Notes under the pieces: model-generated
Seen by the model: only the letters and a program-made list of their open reading frames with translations
Told to the model about the DNA's origin: nothing
Databases searched by the model: none
In this document: positions 25,860 to 37,200 of the stretch, piece after piece
Layout of the letters: every line of letters starts with the position of its first letter
Position numbering within the stretch: position 1 is the stretch's first letter
Origin: Antedon mediterranea
Taxonomy: Eukaryota > Animalia > Echinodermata
NCBI RefSeq assembly: GCF_964355755.1
Contig: NC_092674.1
Span: 11,532,001 to 11,596,000 of the forward strand
Reading direction: 5' to 3'
DNA length: 64,000 bases
Made by a program: the position numbers and the translations under genes

Positions 25860-26485
25860 CACTGCCATCAAATATGATGTATTATGATTTATATAGATTC
25901 AAAAAAAAATTTGAGCACGCAAGTTACATTTGGAAATTACCTGCCATCAATATGATGGAGTATGATTATAGATTTAAAAAAGAATTTGAACACGTAAGCT
26001 ACATTTGAAAATTACCTGCCATCAATATGATGGATTATGATTATAGATTTAAAAAAGAATTGTAACACGTCAGCTACATTTGGAAATTTGGAAATTACCT
26101 GCTATCAATATGATGGAGTATGATTATAGATTTAAAAAAGAATTTGAACACGTAAGCTACATTTGAAAATTACCTGCCATCAATATGATGGATTATGATT
26201 ATAGATTTAAAAAAGAATTGTAACACGTCAGCTACATTTGGAAATTTGGAAATTACCTGCCATCAATATGATGGATTATGATTGTATAGATTTTTAAAGA
26301 TGTGAACACGTAAGCTACATTTGAAAATTACCTGCCATCAATATGATGGATTATGATTATAGATTAAAAAAAGAATTTGAACACGTCAGCTACATTTGGA
26401 AATTTGGAAATTACCTGTCATCAATATGATGGATTATGATTGTATAGGTTTGAAAGAAAATGTGAACACGTAAGCTACATTCGGA
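25860..26485. repeat. ~60-70-bp tandem repeat inside the Academ arm (mirrored at 27975-28655)
   Basis: Unit AATTACCTGCCATCAATATGATGGATTATGATTATAGATTT...ACACGTAAGCTACATTTG. Confidence 0.9.
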
Positions 26486-26503
26486 ATGAACATGTTAAGG
26501 GCA

Positions 26504-27585
26504 TCAGTTTTGATCATTCATGCAAAGGTTTCCGTCATCTTTAGCGTTGTTACAGCGGCATAAAGCTGTACATGGTAGTTTTGACTTCTTGCACCTACAT
26601 CTATTGGTTATGCATCGTGTCTTGCATCCACAATAAATCATCTCTAACGAAGGAGTAGGAATAGCTTCATTTTTCAGAAGCACTGGTTGAAGTTTACCAT
26701 TAGATAGCTCCCAACCAAAATCTGTTGGTGATGGCAAATGCTGGATTGGCGATACAGCTTTTTTCCATACGAGTGCTTGGAAGTGTGCTCTTTTTATATG
26801 TTGGTGCACTGCATCGCTTGTTGGAGGTAATGCCTCTGGTTTTTTTTTTTTAAACATGGCATGCCTAACTTCATTGGTACTTTTAACTTGACCAACACCG
26901 TAAACGTAGCAAATGAATCTTTCCGATTTCATAATAACTTGGTCACTGATAGGTTTTCTCCCAGGTCTTTAATTAGTTCATAATTTTTTTGTAATACTTC
27001 CCATGCCGATGCCTTTAAGTGACCACTTAGATATGAGCAGGGAAGAGTTAAATTACTGTATGTATGTATTAATGTAATTTAACTCTTCCCTAGATATCAG
27101 GTAGTATCGCATCTACTAATAGTGTGGAATGGAATCAGTGCTTTTGCAGAACCATCCGGCAAGGCTTGAAAAATGTCTTTTATAGATACTTTCTTTTTTT
27201 GGATGTACCTGTCATCATCCATTTGGATACCATGCTTTGGTAGTGAGACACTAGAATCACTAGTACGCCTGTATCCCTAGAAGCAACTACAACTGTGTCG
27301 TATCGGACATTGGCAGCATGACAAGTCGCGTGTCCGCTTCTTCATGATATCCTACCAGAGACAATGTATTCGTGTAGACTTTTGATGATTTAACAACTGA
27401 TTCTTCCATAAATCCACCAGCTGTGACAATTTCTTTGTCTATAGGAGCTTGACGAATCAACTCCTCTGATAGAAATCGTGCCAGATCTGCTTTATTTTCT
27501 TGTAATGCCAAAAAGTTCGACCAGCAATTTGGCTGGCTGTGTTTTGGTTCATCTTTGTCTGGTGGTGTCCTTTATCGACAGTTTT
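26504..27585 (-). pseudogene. Fragmented C-terminal half of Academ-like transposase protein (XPG-like domain + Cys8/CXC finger)
   Basis: ORFs 27511-27287 and 26932-26504, plus a frameshifted linker. Confidence 0.75.
27037..27090. mobile_element. 54-bp mini inverted-repeat element with 9-bp TSD nested in the Academ ORF
   Basis: GGGAAGAGTTAAATTAC...GTAATTTAACTCTTCCC flanked by TAGATATGA/TAGATATCA; it interrupts the CDTT-SYLSGH coding. Confidence 0.7.
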
Positions 27586-27599
27586 AAGTTAGGCATGCC

Positions 27600-27957
27600 A
27601 TGTTTAAAAAAAAAACAAAACCAGAGGCATTACCTCCAACAAGCGATGCAGTGCACCAGCATATAAAAAGAACACACTTCCAATCACTCATATGGAAAAA
27701 AGCTGTATCGCCAATCCAGCACTTGCCATTACCAACAGATTTAGGTTGGGAGCTATCTAATGGTAAACTTCAACCAGTGCTTCTGAAAAATGAAGCTATT
27801 CCTACTGCTTCGTTAGAGATGATTTATTGTGGATGCAAGACACGATGCATAACCATATAGATGTAGGTGCAAGAAGTCAAAACTATCATGTACAGCTTTA
27901 TGCTGCTGTAACAACGCTAAAGATGACGGAAACCTTTGCATGAATGATCAAAACTGA
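27600..27957 (+). pseudogene. Inverted duplicate of the Academ protein C-terminus (Cys8 finger), frameshifted
   Basis: Near-identical reverse complement of 26504-26860. Confidence 0.75.
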
Positions 27958-29888
27958 TGCCCTTAACATGTTCATTCCAAATGTAGCTTACGTGTTCACA
28001 TTTTCTTTCAAACCTATACAATCATAATCCATCATATTAATGGCAGGAAATTTCCAAATGTAGCTGACGTGTTCAAATTCTTTTTTAAATCTATAATCAT
28101 AATCCATCATATTGATGGCAGGTAATTTTTAAATGTAGCTTACGTGTTCACATCTTTAAAAATCTATAATCATAATCCATCATATTGATGGCAGGTAATT
28201 TTCAAATGTACCTAACGTGTTCACATTTTCTTTCAAACCTATAGGCCTACAATCATAATCCATCATATATAGCAGGTAATTTCCAAATTTCCAAATCTAG
28301 CTGACGTGTTCAAATTCTTTTTTAAATCTATAATCATAATCCATAATATTGATGGCAGGTAATTTCCAAATGTTGCTGACATGTTCACATCTTTAAAAAT
28401 CTATAATCATACTCCATCATATTGATGGCAGGTAATTTCCAAATGTTGCTGACATGTTCACATCTTTAAAAATCTATAATCATACTCCATCATATTGATG
28501 GCAGGTAATTTCCAAATGTTGCTGACATGTTCACATCTTTAAAAATCTATAATCATACTCCATCATATTGATGGCAGGTAATTTCCAAATGTAACTTGCA
28601 TGTTCATTTTTTTATAAATCTATATAAATCATAATACATCATATTTGATGGCAGTGAATTTTATAATTTTACTAATTATTATTGTGTATAAATAATTTCA
28701 TAGTTATGCAATTATATTATATTTAGTATACAGTAGGCCTATGCTGTAGTTCAAAGGTCAATAACCATACTATCGGCCATTCTTGTACAAAATGTGCCAT
28801 TAGACAGGATAGAAACACACATGTTTTAAACAATTTAAAAAGAAAAAAAATGTCATAAGACCAACATTTATTTATTTAAAACATGTTGACACCAAAATTA
28901 ATTATCTGTGACTAGTGGTTCTCGTGATATAGGGTAATTATAAAAAATGGCCGCCATTTTTAATTATGCAAATTAAGGGCTTAGATGGCCGAATTTCGCT
29001 TGGGATCCGCCATATTCGTAATCAGCGAGGTCGAAATATCCTAAATCAAGTGGATCCCAGCTTCTACCCAAAAATGCTTCTTACATCGTATTTCAGAGGA
29101 AATAGAACTTGTCTAATTTAAAATATGCGTTGATTCCAACTGACTATTGATACTCTATAAATTCCACTTTTTGTTTTTTTTAGAATAGCAAACTTTAAAA
29201 AAGATTGTGAATTCGCCTTTGTTAATTTGCCTAAATGTAGAAAAAAAAAGAAAATAAAAACACATAGAAATTTTTAAAAGAAACTCACAATTTGCTCTCA
29301 ATGAAACCGTGAATGTAAATGTATAACTGTGCAGCCTCAGTGTCCAAATATTTCAACACAATTATCACCAATACAATAACTTATATATATTATACGATTG
29401 TACCAGTACAATATAAGTCATTGGCGAGTGAATGAATATTCAATAAAGTTATAAGATATAATTAAATTTGTCTCACATGGCAGTCAAGGTTTGGATAAAG
29501 GATAAAAAAAACCAGGCAACTTTAATACGCTTATTTTTTTAAAATAATATTGTGAACACTGTGTAAATTATATATACTCTCAAATTATTGAAACAGTGAT
29601 CATTCGGAACATTAACGGATTTCGGCAAGCCATTGTCTGGATTTTAGGTTGTGGGAATAGTGAATAAGTTAGTATTTAGGAAGTAGGTCGGCAAATTAGA
29701 AAGATCTCATGCATTATTAGGCCTATATCAGTACTTCGACAAAACAGATTATAGATTATATACGGTACTGAATTAAATACTTATAATTGTCATTGATAAT
29801 AAGAATTCCATAATGGTAATATAGAAATTGTACTGAGTTATCTAAACACTACAATAAAGTGTATTAATATCTTTTAATAAGTACAGTA

Positions 29889-30481
29889 CAGTTGAACCTC
29901 CCGTAAGCGGTCACTCTCGGGACCGGTAAAAGTGGCCGCTTACGGGAGGTTCTGTCGATAGAGTGCCAAAATCACGTATTATGGCTATGCACGATATTTT
30001 TCGACGTTAACGCAACAGGACTCTACATTCTCCAGCTAATTGTATTTTATTGTTTATGATCAGGTGGCTTAGTATTATTTAGGATTTTAGGCAAATTTTA
30101 AAAGTTTTTATCATACGAAAATGGTCAGTCAAAATCATTTGTGTAGTTTTCTCATAACTCATCTTAAAAACACAGGAATGTTCTTATTAATAAAGCTAAA
30201 ATATAAAACACAAGTACCAAAATTGTATACAAATTTTCCGTTGGCCGCTTGGAGGTAATTTACCATACAAAAAATCTAATTCTCAGAAAAAAAAATATTG
30301 CCGCGGCCGCTTACGGCAGGTGGCCGCTTACGGCAGGTGGCCGCTTACGGCAGGTGGCCGCTTACGGGAGGTGGGCCTACCAAATGCACTAATTAGTTAG
30401 TTAATTCTTTAAAAACAAACGGGCTTTTGAAAGTGCGGCCGTTAAGGGAGGTGGCCACTCACGGAGGTTCATGATCAACTG
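29889..30481. mobile_element. Tc1/mariner (pogo/Tigger-like) MITE
   Basis: TA-CAGTTGAACCTCC...GGAGGTTCA..CAACTG-TA, with internal 17-bp GGCCGCTTACGGCAGGT repeats. The empty site is visible in the duplicated segment near 35105. Confidence 0.8.
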
Positions 30482-31099
30482 TATATAATATTTTAAATAA
30501 TAATTTTACTTACTTTAACTTACTTACATAACATTGTTGAAGCTGATTGAATATCAATTCACTCTCATAACCCTTCAAACTTCCTATCGACTTTATTTCC
30601 CAACAAAATTATTTTCAACTTGGCTGTCTTTCGAAATTCCATCATTTATCAGGATTATATCAGGGACGGCGACGACCAATTGAACGTTTTTCTATTGTCC
30701 TTTTATTTAGTGAAAGTAATCTACTTGGACAAAGTAGATAATATAAAAGCAGACAAGCGCTGCCTCTGAGTGGACTAGAATAAAAGAAATGGAGGCACAA
30801 GTTGGTGAATAGATATAATCTGCATATCAAGCAGAAGGTTCCGGGTTCGGGCTTGCGAGATATAGAGCTATATTGACTTTCGAAAACCCAGGCATTTTTG
30901 TCGAACAAATAAATGAAATTAAATGAAAAATACCATCCAATAACTTAATGCTTTAAAATTACAAAAGGAAGGTAGGTAGGTGTGTATCTTGGTCTTGAGC
31001 ATTACACATTTCGGTATCACATTCTCACAAATACAAAATTCCAGGCAACCTGCGTATATGGAATTGTGCATACTGTAATACTTTAATTGAGTTTTTAGT

Positions 31100-33560
31100 G
31101 ACCAAATACATTCGTTTGTTTATATTCGTTCCCCTAACGGGGTTTTATTTCCACAATATTTAGGCCTCTGGCCCTTATATCTTACATACAAATCATACGA
31201 TAATATTTTCTGGTTGGGTTACAAAATAATATTTTCTATTTTCGTAAGCTAAATAAACAAAATTTGCTAAATCTTGGACTACTCTAGTGTTGCACATTAA
31301 AAAATAAAACTTATTTAAACAAGGGAACGTGTGATAAAAATTAGGAATATATAAGTTTCTGAGTTCGGAATAATATGGACAGACTAACATAAAATGAAAT
31401 TCGTCTTCAATAGAATTCATATTGCATAATTTATATAAACGGTTTTGAAGTGGGATTTTGTTCCATCTTCCCTTTTCTATTTCCAAATCTAACACTCCTA
31501 AACGAAATTTTGTGAATATATTTTTATGTTTCCAATTTTTAAGTGTAACAAATGATAACTTATTTCAATTTTCGTTTTAAAATACTTAAAATATTTTAGT
31601 TTTGAATGTAAAGAAAATTGTTCAAAATATTTTTGTTTTTCTAAATCAATCAGTCGTAATTTAAATTCTTTAATAAATAATTTCTTGTCTTCAATCATTT
31701 GATTGTACCAAACATAACCAAAGCCGGTAGAACAAAGTAAATGTTTTACCTGACTAGCCCAGCAATATTCATTTCTGTTAATTTTTCTTAACTGAAAACT
31801 GTAACATTTAAAAATAAATCTATTTTTATCCATGTCAATAATATGCAACCAAAAACGAATAATTGAAATTAAACAATCGACATGCAAGGAAACTCTGCCT
31901 AATTCTGTAGTTACGGCTGCGCTAGGGGCACTTTTTCCAATGTTCAAAATAAACCTCGCAAAACGCGTGTGGAAATTATTAATAATTATTTGGTTAGAAA
32001 ACCCCCATATTTCACTGCCGTAAATTAAAATTGGTAATATTTTTGTGTCAAAAATATAATTCCATGTATTTTCTGGTAAATATTTCATATTTCGACTAAT
32101 AAAAGATTTAACGGAAAATAACGCGTTGTTTGCTTTTTGACAATTATATTCAAGTGCTTTGTTCCACTGACCATTTGAACTAAATACCACCCCTAAATAA
32201 TTATAAGTCGTAACAACCTCCATTTGAATATTCCTGTAATACCATTTTTCAAAATATTTTAGTTTCCCACCCTTTTTAAATACCATTATTTTTGATTTAT
32301 TTATGTTTACACTGAGACCCCATGTGTCACAAAAATGTTCGAGTTTATTTATTAAAATTTGTAAGCCCCTTACCGTATCTCCAAATAATACTAAGTCATC
32401 AGCGTATAATAAATGATTGATAAAGCTGTCTTCAACTTGTATTTTGTCGCTATCTCTACTCTGATTTAGATCATAACTTAAATCATTCATAAATATGTTG
32501 AAAAGTAAAGAGGATAAAGGTGAACCTTGTTGTATTCCAATAGAACAGTCAAATGGAAATGTCACTTTGTTACCAATTTTTACATGTGCAGACAAATTGT
32601 TATACATAGACTGAATTATATTGTACATATTACCATTTACACCTATTCGTTTTAATTTAAGTAAAAGAAAACTATGATTTATACTATCGAAGGCACGCTT
32701 GAGATCAATGAAACAGCAGAATACCCTACCTCGTTTTTTACTTAAATATTTTGCAATGATACTATTTAAAATAAAAATATTGTTGAATGTGCGAAAACCC
32801 TTACGAAAACCTGCTTGCTCTTGATAAATAATGTTGTTATTTTCAGTGAAGTGGTCTAATCTTGATTTAAGGATGTGTAACAAAATTTTGCCAAGTATCG
32901 GAATAAGAGCAATGCCTCTGTAATTTTCTGGCTTATTCTTTTTGCCCTTTTTGTAAATAGGAATTATCATGCTCGTCGCCCATTGTGTTGGGAATTGGCC
33001 CAACTGAAAAATTGAATTAAAAATAAGTTTTAAATTATCAAATAAGAAATTGGGTGCATTTAAGATATATTCTAAAAACATACCATCCATACCAGGAGAT
33101 TTTCCTGATTTCTGCATTTTCAATGCTTGTTTGATTTCACCCAAGTCAATTTCTGAATTGAGGTTATCGTTTTCGTTAACAATGTTATGTACTATTTCGT
33201 CTGTAACTTTGTTAACTGGCTCGGGGGGTTCAAACAGTGATTGGAAATGATCTCGCCATTCGTTAATTGTTATTTCCGAAGTTATTGTTTGTTTATGAGT
33301 TTTTAATTTTGATCAAAATTGTTTTGAGCTCCTATTACTGGCTGCTATTAAAATTTCGTCACGTTTTTGTTTTTGATGGTTATATTTCTTTTGTCTTATT
33401 GTTTTTTTGTATTCCTTTTTAAGTTTGATATAATTATTAAATGAATTCTGTTGATCGTTATTTCTTAAAGCTAAAGCTTTATTCAATTCTTTTTTTAAAT
33501 CTTTTTTTTAAAGTAAGGCATTCGCGATCAAACCAGTTATTTGTTCTCTTAACATTTTGA
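31100..33560 (-). mobile_element. 5'-truncated LINE (RTE-X/CR1-group-like)
   Basis: RT ORF 33144-31498 followed by a frameshifted C-terminal ORF 31495-31193 (LCNMNSIEDEFHFMLVCPYYSELR). Confidence 0.88.
31498..33144 (-). CDS. Non-LTR retrotransposon reverse transcriptase (ORF2 fragment, 548 aa)
   Basis: KSPGMDG, PIYKKG, ENYRGIAL, QAGFRKG, FIDLKRAFDS, GIQQGSPLSSLLF, LLYADD and YNYLGV motifs. Confidence 0.9.
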   Translation of the reverse strand: MGEIKQALKMQKSGKSPGMDGMFLEYILNAPNFLFDNLKLIFNSIFQLGQFPTQWATSMIIPIYKKGKKNKPENYRGIALIPILGKILLHILKSRLDHFTENNNIIYQEQAGFRKGFRTFNNIFILNSIIAKYLSKKRGRVFCCFIDLKRAFDSINHSFLLLKLKRIGVNGNMYNIIQSMYNNLSAHVKIGNKVTFPFDCSIGIQQGSPLSSLLFNIFMNDLSYDLNQSRDSDKIQVEDSFINHLLYADDLVLFGDTVRGLQILINKLEHFCDTWGLSVNINKSKIMVFKKGGKLKYFEKWYYRNIQMEVVTTYNYLGVVFSSNGQWNKALEYNCQKANNALFSVKSFISRNMKYLPENTWNYIFDTKILPILIYGSEIWGFSNQIIINNFHTRFARFILNIGKSAPSAAVTTELGRVSLHVDCLISIIRFWLHIIDMDKNRFIFKCYSFQLRKINRNEYCWASQVKHLLCSTGFGYVWYNQMIEDKKLFIKEFKLRLIDLEKQKYFEQFSLHSKLKYFKYFKTKIEISYHLLHLKIGNIKIYSQNFV

Positions 33561-33681
33561 ATAGTGGTATTAGCGGTAAATGTAACAAACCGGTTTCCGT
33601 TTTTTTATTATTTGTTGTTGTATAGTATATGGAATATTTATTCTGAAATAAAGTGATCAAATCAAATCAAATCAAATGTAA

Positions 33682-34270
33682 TGTAGTGATATAGATTTAT
33701 AATTGAAGAATCAACATTAGTATCACAATTCAATTGAGTTCACCAATTTGCCCAGAAAGGTCCGTAGAAGAAATTGTCCGAGATGTTTTAATGTCCATTA
33801 GGCATAATAAGTAGTTCCCCACAGAAAACAGTTGATTTGACCTATGATCTTCCCCATCGTAAAACTATTAGATATTGTCACTTTTTAAGCACGGATTGGA
33901 AAGGGCCAGTTTGTCATTTTAACCCCTCAAATACAATTAATCAACACATCCAAAAGATGCCTGGACAAACTTTAGGACCAATAGTTAAGTCCAGAGATGA
34001 TGTAATGACATATACTAATGAACAGAAGCCGATATACCCCCAAGTTTCAGAAGAACCCAGACACACCATACCGACACTTCCTCTCCTCAGAAGCACATCT
34101 TATACAGCCACACCTCACTTACAGCATTGTTTATACTTTGTTCCTGTTTCTGTAATACCGTATTATCCTGTATCATTCTTGAATTTATATTATATTGTGT
34201 AGTAGCCTATACCGTATTTCTGAATAAACAATTGTGATATTTCAACCAAGAGAGTAGAGTCTTTAATACA
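33682..34270 (+). mobile_element. Solo LTR (TG...CA, 4-bp TSD)
   Basis: TGTAGT...TAATACA flanked by GTAA on both sides, with an internal AATAAA at ~34223. Confidence 0.65.
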
Positions 34271-37200
34271 GTAAAACCTCACACATTATAGTACATGGTG
34301 GAATATTATTAAATCGTTATTAATGATTTTGTATTTATTATATTTATTTATTAAGTTTTTTCGTTGTTTTCGTAACATTCTATCCATTAGAGGTAACGTC
34401 ACAATGAAAATCCGATAGCAAATGGAACTCAATCATTTAGATGTCCTAAGAAAAAGTGTCAATATTATAAAACGTTGAAAGATGACGAAATATGTGAGAA
34501 AAAATCGCCTCGTCCGAGATTCGAACCCGGATTATTCTACTTGATATGCAGACAACTGAGGGTTTCGTGGTACTGTATGAATAGTTCACACATTTCTTAA
34601 TAGCTTTCTTCTTTGTTAACATTCTTTCATAATTAAGGCTATATGAATAGTAGCACACACCACCACCCCATCATCATCAAACACTTTAATCATAAAATGA
34701 TTATCATATTGGCCATTATGCGGATTTGCGGTATTTCCATGATAACTTTCTTGAAAAATGACCTCTATTGACTATAAGTTGAATGTCATTTAACGTAATT
34801 ATTTACTCCACTGATCAGGATACGGTTGGTACTTAATTCACAACAATTACTTATTGGTACCAGACCGTTATACAATTGTTAACGTACGGTATAGTATCAC
34901 AGGTTGCGACTAATGGCATAATTAGGTTCTCTATTCAGAGATAATTGATCTATGGCTTTGTTAACTAGGCGTGATTCTACTTATATACTGAATTAAGTAC
35001 TTAGATTGTCATTGATGACTGATAAGCATTCCATAATAGTAATATGGAAATTGTACCGTGTTATCTAAACACTACAGTATTGTATTAATATTTATTTTAA
35101 GAAGTATATATGCTATTTTAAAAATAATAGTTACTTTTACTTACTTACATAACATTGTTGAAGCTGATTTAATGATCAAATTCACTTTCATAACCCTTTA
35201 AACTCCCCATCGACTTTATTTCCCAACGATATTATTTTTAACTTGGCTGTATTGTCCACCGAACTTCCATCATTTACCATTCCGGATTAAATCAGTTAGG
35301 GATGGCGGCGACCAACTGCACAATTTTCTATTGCCCTTTTATTCACGCATACTTATTATAATAATATTCCAATAAAATTTAATTTAAACAATTATTTCAA
35401 CAATTTTTTTACTTATATTTTTATTTCAACAAGTTTAATGTACATATTTTATATGCTATACATTTGTATTGAATATCCAATATTGTTTGTGATTGTGTGT
35501 ATTTGTATGTTTTATCGAGGGTGTTTTATAATCAGGTTCTTTATTGAAGTGACTGAATGACACCATAACAAATATAATAAATATAACTTAAACATAACTA
35601 GAATAATGATAGGGCGCCTACATGTATTGAATTACCTTAATTAAAATAAATATTGTATCGGTTTAAATAATATTAAACCATTTAATATTTCTTCATGATT
35701 CTAACTATGCAATTGAATTAAATTTTAGAATAGAATGTAGATATATTTATTGTTATAAAATCGGATATTTCACGTAGTTTATATTGTATATCTATGTTTT
35801 TGTTGTTATTGTCAGGACACAACTCACAAAAACTTCATTACTTTCCACGGAGTTTTCAATGAATGGTGAATGATCAGAAACTGAGTTATGATAAGCAAAT
35901 TGTGAACCCCTTTTGGTTTGTGTTACTGGATGTACTATGATGGCCATAAAAAGACTGATTTGTGGACTATGATATATTTTAGTAACTTGTTTGGTTTGTG
36001 TTATACTATGTTTTTTTTTTCTTTGATAAAGTTTTTTTAATATTGATGTCAACTTCATCACTGTTTACTGGATGCAATAAAGGAAATAAATATAATTGTT
36101 TAAGAATATTAATTTATTACACAACCATATTCGGCTTTGAATACCTGAAAAAGAATATTATATTGTATAGTAATTAATAATATTTACCTAATGTTATCGC
36201 TGTTAACACAAATAAATGACCATCTGGTTGGTAGCTGTTAAAGTACCAGTGCTAACAATAATGTCACTGTCTGAATTACTTTATCATAATTAAGCGTACA
36301 CTTATGCTGGTTGTATAACTGTCAAATATTGAATTAGAAAATGATTGCACAATTGATGCACTTTAAGACAAAATAGTAGTGTATTGCGATGTGTTTCTTC
36401 ATTTAAGAAGTTAGTACTTAATGCAAGAAATAGATAAATGTTCCTAATTGGTTTATGTAATTACATGACAATTACAGACTTAAGGGAAAACGCAATAGGA
36501 GCAAGTAAACATAAAACAAGAAGACAACAAGGTTATTCTCAATTTGTTTTTACAATAGTCTCGTTAGTAAGAGGTGTTTGCTATTTAAATAGATGCCAAT
36601 TCAAAGTCAAAAGAATACCAGTAGCACTAATAATTAACCTTTTACCAATTAATAAGTAGGCATATATATTGACTTTTGTAATATAACATAATTTCTTGCA
36701 CATCTGGTGTGTTTATTGAGTGTTTTGTTTGTCTGATATTTCCCATTCAATAGATGTATTAAATTTGTGTGTAGGGTCTATAATAAAAAAAATAATTTAA
36801 AATATCATTTATTCAAATAAAACAGAAAATAAATATAAATATTTGAAAATACACAAAAAATCATTTATACAATATTCTTTTATTCCTATCATTATAAATT
36901 ATTACCTCAATGTTTTTTAATACTATAATACACAGTACAATGTACAAATCTTCGATTTCTACGCTAATTCCTTGTCAGAATTATGGATTTATTTACCTTC
37001 TATATCGTCCATAAAGTGTTCACTAATGCGCATGTGTATTAATATTTTCATCTACTTTTCGTGACGTGAAAAAGTGCGCAACCATTAATAGCTTAGGAAT
37101 GAAAAGAAGCTTTATTAAGTGTGGTTTAATATTTATAAATTCCAGTTATATAGGAGGTTAGTTCATTGTGAATTTTAAACATATTCGTTAATTGCAATCT

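Larger units (their letters stand above)
25138..29115. mobile_element. Academ(X)-like DNA transposon derivative with ~1.5-1.7-kb inverted arms (fold-back)
   Basis: Termini TAGACA...TGTCTA with long TIRs. Internal degenerate ORF pieces ENKADLARFL, HEEADTRL, CDTT, LPPTSDAVHQHIKRAHFQ and CGCKTRC..RCRC..LPCTALCRC fit an XPG-like nuclease plus Cys8 finger. It is absent from the paralog A intron. Confidence 0.8.

Noticed and set aside
26504-26932. Host tesmin/CXC-domain gene
   Set aside because: It is intronless, frameshifted, duplicated in inverted orientation and bounded by TIRs, so it is a transposon protein remnant.
33837-34202. 121-aa ORF
   Set aside because: It lies inside a putative solo LTR and has no recognisable domain.
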